A DNA stretch of 64,000 bases, taken from assembly GCA_951406725.2 (NCBI GenBank), contig OX597834.1, forward strand, positions 12,958,001-13,022,000, given 5' to 3'. Of this stretch, positions 13,026 to 25,428 are shown piece by piece (positions within the stretch are counted from its first letter, which is position 1; each line of letters opens with the position of its first letter). The translations under genes and the position numbers were made by a program. The notes beneath the pieces were generated by a model, which ran no database searches, was not told the DNA's origin, and saw only the letters and a program-made list of their open reading frames with translations. This DNA comes from Octopus vulgaris. Taxonomy: Eukaryota.

Positions 13026-13915
13026 CTACAGGATTTGGACAAAAAATGGAAACACCCAGCATCAGAGCATCATAATTTTGAAATATCTATAACACCTTCA
13101 AAGTTTCTTTTTTTTTTTCATTATTATTAGTGCTGCTTTTCAGAAAAAGGTAATTAAACTTTCAAACAAGTGAAATTGTTGGTGCTCGTATGGCCGGTGC
13201 TCGAGTAACAAATGCAGCCGAAATGATTGTTGTAACAAGAAGTACTGTCTCGAAGGTAGCTTAATGACCACCTTTTTTTTTTTTTCTTTTACTTGTTTCA
13301 GTCATTTGACTGCGGCCATGCTGGAGCACCGCCTTTAGTCGAACAAATCGACCCCGGGACTTATTCTTTGTAAGCCCAGTACTTATTCTATCGGTCTCTT
13401 TTGCCGAACCGCTAAGTGACGGGGGACGTAAACACACCAGCATCGGTCGTCAAGCAATGCTAGGGGGACAAACACAGACACACAAACACACACATATATA
13501 TATATATATATACACATATACGAGAGGCTTCTTTCAGTTTCCGTCTACCAAATCCACTCACAAGGCATTGGTCGGCCCGGGGCTATAGCAGAAGACACAT
13601 GCCCAAGATGCCACGCAGTGGGACTGAACCCAGAACCATATGCTTGGTAAACAAGCTACTTACCACACTGCCACTCCTGCGCCTATTAACCTTTAGAACC
13701 TCCTGCATAACCTCTAGAACACAGTTTCCACAAAAACTCTTCGCTAGGAGCTGCAGAAAGTCGGATTTCATGGGAGGGCTGCAATCTGAAAACCACTACT
13801 TTCAAAAACAAACATTGCCAAGTGATTAGTATGGAGTAAAATCCTACATCATTGGTCCCTAGAAAGTGGAAGAATGTTATTTTCTCGAACGAGTCATCTT
13901 TTACCTTATTTCCTT
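13026..13915 (+). mobile_element. Decayed Tc1-family DNA transposon interrupted by a SINE B
   Basis: TIR-like TACAGGATTTGGACAAAAAATGGAAACACC. Translated pieces EIVGARMAGARVTNAAEMIVVTRSTVSKV and, after the SINE, VSTKTLR*ELQKVGFHGRAAI*KPLLSK..KWKNVIFSNESSFTLF (~WKNVIFSDES, the first catalytic D motif). Confidence 0.8.
13286..13685 (-). mobile_element. SINE family B, full length, nested in the Tc1 remnant
   Basis: Near-identical to the other family B copies. Confidence 0.92.
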
Positions 13916-14146
13916 CCCATTGAAATATATTATTTGAATATATGTTATATTTAGAATATAATATATTTATATTTAGAATATAAATATAAATAATATATAT
14001 ATATAATGGTGCCTTCAACCCAAGTACCATATTCATCTGAATCTAAATTTTGCCATATATAGGGAGATAGATAATGCATACGTATCTATATATATATACA
14101 CAATCAATACTTCATATGCATACATACGTTTACCTATGTATCTATC

Positions 14147-14224
<78 letters not shown>

Positions 14225-14301
14225 TGTGTGTGCACCTATCGTTCTCAATCTCCCTTTCTCACTCTCTCTCTATCTATCTGACTATCCGTATATCTCTCTG
14301 C

Positions 14302-14337
<36 letters not shown>

Positions 14338-15006
14338 ATCATATATCTCTGTCTGTGTTGGGATTATGAGAAAATGAGTGAGTGAGGGAGAGAGAGAGAG
14401 AGAGAGAAGTAGAGATGATGATGATGATGATTGTGGGAGAACGGCGAGACAAAGAGAAGATAAATAAAGACAGTGAAAGATATATCTGTCGAGATACAGA
14501 GATAGAGCGAAATAAAGTGTAATATAGTAGACACATCTATCAATAACGCTAAAATGATTAGCCTCAAAGATAAATGTGAGATATAAGGCAATGGGAATTG
14601 CTAAAATATAATTCCAAGATGTATATGCACCAGCAGCAGGCGCAGCTACACATATTTATGTTCATACAATCAGTTTTAAGTATTTTGGCTTGCATACAAT
14701 TGACACGGAGCACACGATCTAAATTTAATTTAACATTATATATTGAATGGAAAGACATCAATAAAACATGCGGTACTTCTGAAAGATTCATATTTTATAC
14801 ATCTATAGATTTACAATGACAACTTCAGCGCATACATGTCTAGAGACAGATAATACCCACTCGTGTATACATGGGGCATGCACACATAAAGTTTATCATA
14901 CACACGAAAATATCCTTATTTATTCGTACTAATATAGTTAAATATATATATTAAAATTTACAGACACACACACATATCTAAATCTATATATAAATATACA
15001 TACATA

Positions 15007-15057
<51 letters not shown>

Positions 15058-15090
15058 ATGGATGCATTCTTTTTTACTTTTACTTCTGTA

Positions 15091-15101
15091 ATATTATTTT
15101 A

Positions 15102-15144
<43 letters not shown>

Positions 15145-15174
15145 CATCATCATTATCATTATTATTATTATTGA

Positions 15175-15243
<69 letters not shown>

Positions 15244-15278
15244 CATTATTATTACTACTATTATTATCGTTGTTGTTA

Positions 15279-15309
<31 letters not shown>

Positions 15310-15411
15310 CATCATTATTATTATTACTATTATCACTGTTGTTGTTGTTATTATTATTATTATCAATTATTATTATTACTATTATGATTGTTATTATTAT
15401 CATTATTATTC

Positions 15412-15443
<32 letters not shown>

Positions 15444-15455
15444 TTATTATTATTT
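15091..15455. repeat. (TAT)n-rich compound trinucleotide microsatellite
   Basis: Direct reading of the sequence. Confidence 0.95.
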
Positions 15456-15953
15456 AAAATAGTTTTGATTTGGCTCCCTGCGAAAGTGAGAGTGAAAGAG
15501 AGGGGCACTTGTACGTATCTCCCAAATGTCTATTCCAATAAGAATGTATTCTTTCTGTAGAAGAGGCGTGTTACTTAGTTTTAAATATAGTGCGTATATT
15601 ACACATCACATATATAGGTAGGCCTTCTGAAGGAAATATGTTACAGACTAAACCTTTTGAACAATTCGAGTATATATTCCGATACTTGAAATGCCAGATA
15701 TATTCAAATCAATGAGAAATGAAATTAAAATTTAATCATATATAAATGGGTGTTCGTGGATATTTGTTCGTGTGTGCGTATGTATATGCGTGTGTGCGTG
15801 TGCACGTGAGTTTGTGTAATGTATACCAATCTAGATACATACATATATAGATTGTGGGTACGTTTATTTAAGTGTAGCTCTTATATATACACTAACATGC
15901 CCGAAGCACAAAACTTTATGAGACATCATATATATATATATATATACACATAC

Positions 15954-15998
<45 letters not shown>

Positions 15999-16500
15999 AA
16001 TAAAATATATGCATATATATAAACATATATGTACGTACCTACCTCTACATGTACATATACACGCATATATGTGTACAGGACACCAAAAAGACGTCGAACA
16101 CATAGAGAGACGAAAAACATAGACACAAACCAAGGAACAAGACAGGCAAAAAAAAAGAGAGATACAGGACAATAAGCACAACGAAAAATCCCCTTCTTCA
16201 GTCGCTAAAGTTTCATCTACTAAACGTTTCGAAGGATATATATATATATATATATATGTATATGTATGTATATATACATACTTACATATGTTTGTGCGTG
16301 TACAGAACGATATTTGCCAATAAAATGTCTGTCCTGGGGCTAGGCATCAGTAACAATCGCTCCTTCAATGAGAACTGCATTATGTTGGCAAATAGTCTTT
16401 ACTTTAAAGAACTGCTACTAAACATCTTTCTTTGAGAGATTCAGGAATAGTAATGTTTCTCTCCTCTCTCTCTCCCTCTCTCTCTCCCTCTCTCTCTCTC

Positions 16501-16547
<47 letters not shown>

Positions 16548-16616
16548 ATATATATGTATATATATATATGTATGTATATATATATATATGTATATATATA
16601 CACACACATATATATG

Positions 16617-16661
<45 letters not shown>

Positions 16662-16663
16662 AT

Positions 16664-16699
<36 letters not shown>

Positions 16700-17912
16700 G
16701 TGTGAATGTGTGTAGCACTCACGATTCATCAGAAGTCTTGAATTACAGGGCGTCAATCAAATATTGGATATTATACAATATATCATAACCCGTTTGATTT
16801 CCAATACTTGAGAAATTCCTTTTCGATCGTTAGCTGAGGAAGCGAGTTTTCTCTGCTGTTGCTGTATCCACAACATACAAAAACTTTGGAAGATTTCAAG
16901 AACTTGTAAACAGTTTAATAGGAACCTGGTTACATTGGTTGGAACAGATCCGGAACAAAGCTGAATGAAGATATAATATATCTATGCAAATCAGATAAGC
17001 TGCATGTTTCGTCTAATAAAACAAGAAATGCATATAATGTAGATCTTAATATATGAATTGCTTCTGTCTAATAACAAATACTATTTGACAGAAGATTATG
17101 GCGTAACACTTTAGAAGCTCTAAAAGTGATTGAAGGAAAAAATGAGCAACCGTAGATTCACGCAGTTTGACATTCCAGAATTTCATTCCACTAAAGTGAA
17201 ATTCTTTGTTAATCAAGGGGCTTTGGTTGCAAAAATCTGTCACTGATCATTGCAACTAGGATATTGATGTCATTCTCCACTAATGAGAATTGTTCCCTTT
17301 TATCGATAACCACGCATGCGTGATGAAAGTCGGAGGAGAATGATGCGAGATGTATATATGACCACAATAGAACCCATGCGAGTGAGATTATAAGGTTATA
17401 TATTATACATTTACTAACAATAGAATTTCCGGATATATTCTGTGGTCTGTATGGCGATGATCGGCTGACTTTGTCCTGAAATTGTAGCAATCACAAGCTA
17501 GATAGATTTAAGGAAAACTTGATGTAGCCATGCCTCAAAATATGCAGAAGGCATTATTCCAAGCACAACCGTTCATTTGCCACTACCGATATAGGAAATG
17601 TTTAAAGCCTATGTCTAATTTTCCCACGATTACAAAATAGCCCACTCTGTTGTAGGCACTGTGCAACCGTACATGTCAAGCACCTTCCAGTTAAAGATAC
17701 GGTGTGATATTTTTTTCGTTGAAAAATTGCGAAAACTCTCCCGATGTAGTAATAGTGCGGAAAGAACTGAGCGATTAACGCCTTGTACGTACGTGACGAA
17801 GTATCTTTTATGAAAATGAAATTTTCCTTCAATATCGTTGTTGTTCAAAAGAAGAAAAATACTTTTGTTCGGGAATGTTTAATTAACAGGATTTAGTAAT
17901 ATATATATATAT

Positions 17913-18160
17913 GTAACATCTTCCGTTTTTCCGTCCTTGTTTTGTATACATTCGAGGCTTTCTTCCAAGGAATCTAATGTGCTTGGCTTCGATTTTCCTT
18001 TCAGGCTGACCAGATCGGAGCAATCTCAAGATTAATCAGCCGAAATTGCGAGGATGATCCGGTTTTTGATTGAAGATTGAAGGCTTCGAATGTCCCGTCC
18101 GTGTTTTTTTGTATCGTCTCCTAAAAGTTTTGCGTTCTTGGCCCAGTTTGTATCTTTTTA
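17913..18160 (+). mobile_element. TA-embedded short repeat, probably Penelope-like LTR remnant
   Basis: Complex ~250-bp insert between (TA)n tracts. TTGAAGA-TTGAAGGCTTC-GAATGTC is at best a decayed hammerhead-like motif. Confidence 0.35.
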
Positions 18161-18172
18161 CATATATATATA

Positions 18173-18224
<52 letters not shown>

Positions 18225-19210
18225 TATTTGTGGATGCATCTCTATGTGTTATTGTATATTCATACATGCATAAAAGTACACATAAATGCATAATTCTGTA
18301 TTTATATGAGTGTGCATGGGTATACAATTATGTATGTGTCCGCATAGGCGCATGCAAAATCATCGCCCGCATACACTTTCATACACACTCATTATTTTGT
18401 AAGCATTAGTTGATATTATTAATTAATGGTATTCTTTGCAACAATGCTTAGACATCAGCACAATTTCATGACTTTGCTTTTGTGGAGTTTATAATAATAT
18501 TACAATGAAACCAGAAATGTAGTCAAAAGCGTGATCTTGCGTCAGACATTTTTACTTGTTAATTCACAAAGAAAGACTTTCAAACAAAAGTACATAAGGA
18601 TTAGCTTTTTTTTCAAATATTCGTTTCATATTTCAAACAAATATTAAATGTATTAGAAGAAAACCAAGATGGGGTTCCTCCTATTGTTCTACATCTTTTT
18701 CCCGTCTTTCCGACTCTCAAAAGGAGAAAGGCAATGCCCATAATGCTATTATATTTTGCTTCCCCACAAAAAAACAACATCATATCTCCGATTCGGAAAT
18801 TATCCATTCTTTATAGTTTTTAGCATTTTCATCTATTTATTTTCGTTCTCCGTCGTTCGTTTTTTTTTCTTCTTTAAATTAACAATCGAATAATATTAGT
18901 GAATGGCTGAAGGGCAGAGAATTTCGTGCGTTAACACTGATCAACATCCGAAACATTCGACCCTTCAGTCACACAGTAACTTCTACAAATGATTAATAAT
19001 TTTTTTCACGCCTCGTATTCTCATTTCGTTTTCGCTCACACATTTACCTCATCACCAGAGGACTTAGTGGTTATGTCACAATATAACTAATTGCATTATG
19101 GTTATTACAGTATAACACTTTCTAATGCGACAAATGTAGCAGTACTTGATATACGATTCGTCATTCGTCTGCGCTTATTGCTTATACATATACATACACA
19201 CACACACACA

Positions 19211-19320
<110 letters not shown>

Positions 19321-19321
19321 A

Positions 19322-19358
<37 letters not shown>

Positions 19359-19360
<2 letters not shown>

Positions 19361-19584
19361 GGAGTAAACACATAAATGTGAAACAAGGTGGAAAAAAGAG
19401 TACTCAAATACCAGTGGTAGAGTAATATGCTTTATTTTAAGCAGCAGCAGAAAATTCAACAAAATCTGTTACTCTGAGTTTCTCGTTGCCGTTCATCAGA
19501 CAGTTTTAGCAAAAACTGTCTGATGAACGGCAACGAGAAACTCAGAGTAAAGATTTTGTTGAATTTTCTGCTGCTAAAATAAAG

Positions 19585-19588
<4 letters not shown>
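19359..19588. mobile_element. Penelope-like pLTR remnant with tail-to-tail inversion (palindrome 19429-19586)
   Basis: Arms of ~78 bp centred on 19508-19511, each carrying a hammerhead motif. (TA)n flanks. Confidence 0.75.
19466..19503 (-). ncRNA. Minimal type I hammerhead motif (mirror copy on + at 19516-19552)
   Basis: CTGT-CTGATGA-ACGGCAACGA-GAAA-CTCAGAG-TA-ACAG: stem I CTGT/ACAG, short stem II CG/CG with GCAA loop, stem III ACTC/GAGT, GUA site. Confidence 0.7.
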
Positions 19589-19623
<35 letters not shown>

Positions 19624-19910
19624 AATATAAGAGAGTGGTCACTATATGGCTCACTCTAGCACCAGTTAATCCAAAAGGTTTCAACCACAAAAATACATGT
19701 TTCCCATGAAAGTCAGTACGATTGTTAGCTCACACGGACAGGGCAAATAAAAAATAACAAAATACAGATTATCTTGGGACAATTGTTTCGCTATTAATGA
19801 ATTAAATGTAATTTTACTTACAATAAAATCCACTTGTAGCTCTTCAGCCAAAACTATCTGGATGAAATCCACTCAATCACACGGCCAGATTTTACCATAA
19901 CGATAAATAC

Positions 19911-20142
19911 GCGTGGCGAGCTGTCAGAAACGTTAGCACGCCGGGCGAAATGCGTAGCTGTATTTCGTCTGTCGTCACGTTCCGAGTTCAAATTCCGCCG
20001 AGGTCGACTTTGCCTTTCATCCTTTCGGGGTCGATAAATTAAGTACCAGTTACACACAGGGGTCGATATAATCGACTTAATCCGTTTGTCTGACCTTGTT
20101 TGTCCCGTCTGTGTTTAGCCCCTTGTGGGTAGTAAAGAAATA
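19911..20142 (+). mobile_element. SINE family C, full length
   Basis: Matches the 6593-6823 and 21691-21926 copies. Confidence 0.9.
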
Positions 20143-20248
20143 TATATATATATATAATATTAATTCGAGACAAAACCACTATTTTGCAAAACAAACAAGG
20201 AAAGACTTAATCAATACATAAAAAAATTTAATATAAAGAAATAAACCG

Positions 20249-20291
20249 CCACTACAATCGTTTCATGTCTTCAATGACATTCGTCAGGTGG
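20249..20291 (-). ncRNA. Minimal type I hammerhead ribozyme motif within a TA-embedded insert (~20160-20325)
   Basis: CCAC-CTGACGA-ATGTC-ATTGAA-GACAT-GAAA-CGATTG-TA-GTGG: all core bases present, 4-bp stem I, 5-bp stem II, short stem III, GUA site. Confidence 0.8.
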
Positions 20292-20326
20292 ATTTTCGAT
20301 CTCCTAATCTGTTTTAATTTATGAAG

Positions 20327-20479
<153 letters not shown>

Positions 20480-20509
20480 CCGATATATAAATCTAGAAAT
20501 GCTAGGAAA

Positions 20510-20700
20510 TCCATAATTGACGGTGGACTGTTTCATTTCGTTATTTTTCTTGGGGTTTTTTTTGCCATATAATGAGTTACAAATACTGTTGTCTGTGGGG
20601 ACATATTTTTGTAGTAAAAGAAATAACAGTCCTCTGGCTGCTATTTCTAATACTTTCTGTATGTGGTTTAGCAACTTGTTGCAAAGACCCTCATTGTTAT
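20510..20700 (+). repeat. Unclassified TA-embedded dispersed repeat (inverted copy at 56740-56910)
   Basis: Shared TTTGTAGTAAAAG..TGGCTGCTATTTCTAA..GTATGTGGTT.AGCAACTTGT.GCAAA.ACCCT.ATT. Confidence 0.7.
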
Positions 20701-20796
20701 AATTATATATAATTTTACAGAATATGGTCCTTTTCAATACCGAAATACTACTTGGTGAAATTTTTTGATTTTATTAAATTAATTATATTTCACCCT

Positions 20797-20865
<69 letters not shown>

Positions 20866-21690
20866 TATATAGATGTTTGTATTGTGCGTATGTATGTATG
20901 TATGTACGTGGTGGGTATTAAAAGGCAACACATTTTGTGTTATAATACTCAACTAAAAAAACGGGAAAAGAACATTGCAATGTATCTACGAAGGCTGCGT
21001 AGTTCACAGTCTGAATGTGGTATTTTAACTATTATTCGTGGAAACACTACTAAAATAATTGTATCATATATAAAATATATCCATTCACCCTCTTAATCTC
21101 GATGTGTCACACATTGTGATAATCCTGGTAGAGTTCTAATCAATTATATGCATATGTACGGTGTGAAATATTGATTGCTTGATTATGTTGCGCTCTTTCA
21201 TTAAATGATTTATCTTAGCTAATTCATAGTTATTTGACAGTTAATATTACACAAATAGTTTTATATAACACTATCTGAATGTAATGAATGCTTTTTAGAA
21301 AATTTACGAGCATTGTTATAGAATATATTTCATCGTCGTCGTCATCGTCGTTGTTGGTGTTGTGTTCTTGTTATTATTAATTCACTTTGTACAAATTGTC
21401 AGCTGCAGACGTCTTTGGAGACTTACGCACAAAATATTCGTAAGCTTCATCAAAGTACATTTTCTACGCTTTATATTCTTTTACTATTTTAACCAGGTTT
21501 TGTGAAAGAACGTGGATTAGTGTTTCAGGTGTTATATAGTCGTGGTCGCGAGATCGGGGTTCCGAATCCCGAACCGTGCCGCGTTTTGATTTTTTTGACG
21601 ACGTGTTGCTGAGCAAAATCCTTCTATTCGCGTTGCTCCTGTTGACGTAGCTCTAAATTCATAGCCCTCCAACCGATCGGCATCCCGTTT

Positions 21691-21926
21691 AGGGCGAGCT
21701 GGCAGCAACGTTAGCACGCCGGGCGAAATGCTTGGCAGTATTTCGTCTGCCAATACGTTCTGAGTTCAAATTCCGCCGAGGTTGACTTTACCTTTCATCC
21801 TTTCGGGGTCGATTAAATAAGTACCAGTTACGCACTGGGGTCGATATAATCGAATTAATCCGTTTGTCTGTCCTTGTTTGTCCTCTCTGTGTTTAGCCCC
21901 TTGTGGGTAGTAAAGAAATAGGTATT
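21691..21926 (+). mobile_element. SINE family C, full length, abutting an older tRNA-SINE relic (~21510-21690)
   Basis: Matches other family C copies and ends AAAGAAATAGGTATT. Confidence 0.9.
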
Positions 21927-22130
21927 ATGTGGTGACCTTAGACATCTCTTCACCATAGAAAGCGCTTAAATGGCTCTATGAAACTTAGGCCTCAAGACAG
22001 TAACTTCAAAGGAGATAATGAAAATGAGATCCGGTTCTTTTTAATTCTTTTCCCTTGATATATTATGATGGCATTTTTGAGTCGGGTGTCTCACCATAAT
22101 AAACACATATTTATTTTAGAAGTAAACGAA

Positions 22131-22528
22131 AGGCGGTAAGTGTGGTAAGTGTGGTAAGTAGCTTGCTAACAAGCCACCTGGTTCCGGGTTCAGTCCCACT
22201 GCGTGGAATCTTGGGCAAGTGTCTTCTGCTATAGCCCCGGGCCGACCAATTGCGTGTGAGTGGATTTGGTAGACGGAAACTGAAAGAAGCCTGTCGTATA
22301 TATGTATATATATATGTTTGTGTGTCTGTGTTTGTCCCCCTATCATTGCTTGACACCCGATGCTGGTGTGTTTACGTCCCCGTCACTTAGCTGTTCGGCA
22401 AAACAGACCGATAGAATAAGTACTGGGCTTACAAAGAATAAGTCCCGGTGTCGATTTGCTCGACTAAAGGCGGTGCTATAGCATGGCCGCAGTCAAATGA
22501 CTGATACAAGTAAAAGAGTAAAAGAGTA
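22131..22528 (+). mobile_element. SINE family B
   Basis: Body and (GTAAAAGA)n tail intact. The head carries a GTGTGGTAA stutter. Confidence 0.9.
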
Positions 22529-22779
22529 AGTGATATTGTGCTCCGTATATGTATTACTACTAAGTCTTTAGGTGTCATGTTCTCGATAGTCATCAATAGT
22601 CTCTGCCATAGTGTTTCAAAATAAATCAACTCGCCTCCCTGCAACAAGACACTGTGACCTTCAAAAATATAGGTTGTGCTAAAATCTCTGCCTGATGCTG
22701 TAAGATATTGAAGTAAATGCGGTGAAGCGGAGAGACACTTGAAATAACTTCCTTAATATTAAATCTTTCCTGACTTGTC

Positions 22780-22985
22780 AGGCGGGTAGAATTTTTTAGC
22801 ATGCCGGAAAAATGCTTCGGTGCATTTTGTCGTTTTTATGTTCTGCGTTAAAATTACGCTGAAGTCTACATTGCATTTTATTCTGTGGGTGTCGATAAAT
22901 AAGTACCATGTACTGGTGTGGTGTATACATAAGTGATTAATCCCTCACCAAATATTACAGGCCTTGTGCTAAAATTTGAAACCAA
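22780..22985 (+). mobile_element. SINE family C, old degenerate copy
   Basis: TTAGCATGCCGGAAAAATGCTT..GTCGATAAATAAGTACCA..GGCCTTGTGCTAAAATTTGAAACCAA. Confidence 0.6.
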
Positions 22986-24548
22986 TCTCTCAAAGACGTG
23001 ACGGCATTTGTGCGAATTGAAAGGTCACAGATCCATTACTACAGACATGTGATAAGTATGTCACCGGAAAGAATCACAAATAAATTATTGAAGCCATACC
23101 AAACGCCAGGAGACCTATTTGTGAATGAAAATCTTGAGGGTTAGCTAATATCTATAATCTCAGTTGGTCAAGCTTGGAAATTCGACCTGAATGCCAAATG
23201 AATGTTACTTTTGATAGGATTATATGGCGGAGGACTTCATCTCCACATTATTGCAAGAAATGTAGATTGAAGAGATGAATAGATGGAAAAACCTTGAAAT
23301 ATGTTATCCTTATATTTGGAGCATATTTTAAAGTAACATCATGTTGCCTTTATAGATATCTAGTCGTAAGTCTAAACATATAGTTTAATACGTAAAAGCG
23401 GCTTTCTTTGAATGCACAACTTGAAACAAAGTAACTAACGCAAGATAGGTTTCAATTTACGATAATCAATACCACCATAACGCAATCTCCAACATCTTAA
23501 TACTTGTATGACCTTAATTATGTTCCTTGATTAATAAGTTCCCTTCGGTCATTGTCCTGAAGTAACTACAGATGAATTTTGACAGCGTACACGCGTTTCC
23601 TTATATTCACATGAGAAATTTAGCTGTTGGTAAATTTTTCGTTACACAGCTTGATATTTTCGTAACTTATTTTATTTAATCTCCAGTCGAGATGGTATCA
23701 ACAAACGTTAAGTGCTTTTTCGGGAATTTATCTTTTGAAACTAAATTACATCTCCTAGCCATGCTAAATTAGCACATTCATATATCTACAATCTCTGTGA
23801 AAATCTTTATGTTCTTACCCCTAAACCAACCCGCATTACACGCACATGCAAACACATACATACACACATACACGTACACAAACACGTAACGTATATATGT
23901 GTTTTTCCGTGCGTGTGTGGCTATATGTATATGTGTGTGTATATATGTGCGCGTGTGTAATATATATATATATATACATATAATATATACACACAGTCAC
24001 TAGACATATATACTCATATATATATATATATATATATACATGCATATGCATATACATCTATATCATATAAATATACATACATGCATATGAATAAATGCAT
24101 ATACGTGTTATATATATATATATATATATATCCCAGATTTGTACTGCCTTCTCGTCTTGCAGAATTGATATGATGAAATGACATTTAAATGATTTAATAT
24201 GTTTTATATAAATTTTCCTGACATATATATATATCGCACACAAAAGGAAGTGTGGTATATAGTAATTGTATAATCATTTCTGAATCAGACAGAAATTTTC
24301 GAAATTGAAATTCAGATGGCTCTCTCTATTGACCTTTTCTGTTTCGTTGGTATATTGTCATATTTAACAATGGGAAAGAAAAATTACAAATGGTGTTTCC
24401 AGGATTTGACCGGCCGAAATAATTGCTAGAATAAATAACGCTAAATATGTTTGTTCGACGCTGTAACAATTTCCTCCATTATTCGGAATCTTTTCTCTGT
24501 GAAACGACCATGACCAAATATATTTTACATATATTCCTAAATTTTGCG

Positions 24549-24598
<50 letters not shown>

Positions 24599-24816
24599 GC
24601 AATTGAATACACATACATATGTATATATGCACACACACACATATACATACATGTATATGCATACATATGCTTTTAAATATATGTCTTTTTATGCCTTCGA
24701 ATTTTCATTGCCCAATTTCCAAGCAATTTATATTTTTCGGAAATGTATCTTCCGATCAATTAATATTGAGTCTTTAGAATTCCGTTGTTGAATGGTAAGG
24801 AACGGAAATTTTTTAT

Positions 24817-25027
24817 TACTCTTTTACTCTTTTACTTGTTCCAGTTATTTGACTGCGGCCATGCTGGAGCACCGCGTTTAATCGAGCAACTCGACCCCGG
24901 GACTTATTATTTGTAAGCCCAGTACTTATTCTATCAGTCTCTTTTGCCGAACCGCTAAGTGACAGGGACGTAAACACACCAGCATCGGTTGTCAAGCAAT
25001 GCTAGGGTGACAAACACAGACACACAA

Positions 25028-25058
<31 letters not shown>

Positions 25059-25228
25059 CATATATACGACAGGCTTCTTTCAGTTTCCGTCTACCAAATC
25101 CACTCACAAGGCATTGGTCGGCCCGGGGCTATAACAGAAGACACTTGCCCAAGATGCCACGCAGTGGGGCTGAACCCGGAACCATGTGGTTGGTTAGCAA
25201 GGTACTTACCACACAGCCACTCCTGCGC
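24817..25228 (-). mobile_element. SINE family B, full length
   Basis: Near-identical to the other family B copies. Confidence 0.92.
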
Positions 25229-25428
25229 TTAATGATTAGTAATATTTTCTCCATGTTTTATTATCTGTACGTGAGAAGAGAAAATCCAATGTATATGCGT
25301 CTTGAAATTGCATGACTTTAGAAAGGGCACAACATGTAGGTGCATTTTACTTCAACGTACATCATCATATACATTGTAACTTAGACTTTTCAACTCGGGA
25401 TTTTTTGTATTTCGTTCCAAAGGAATCT

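Noticed and set aside
23040-23260. Possible RTE C-terminal remnant (HYYRHVISMSPERIT)
   Set aside because: A single weak motif, too short to call.
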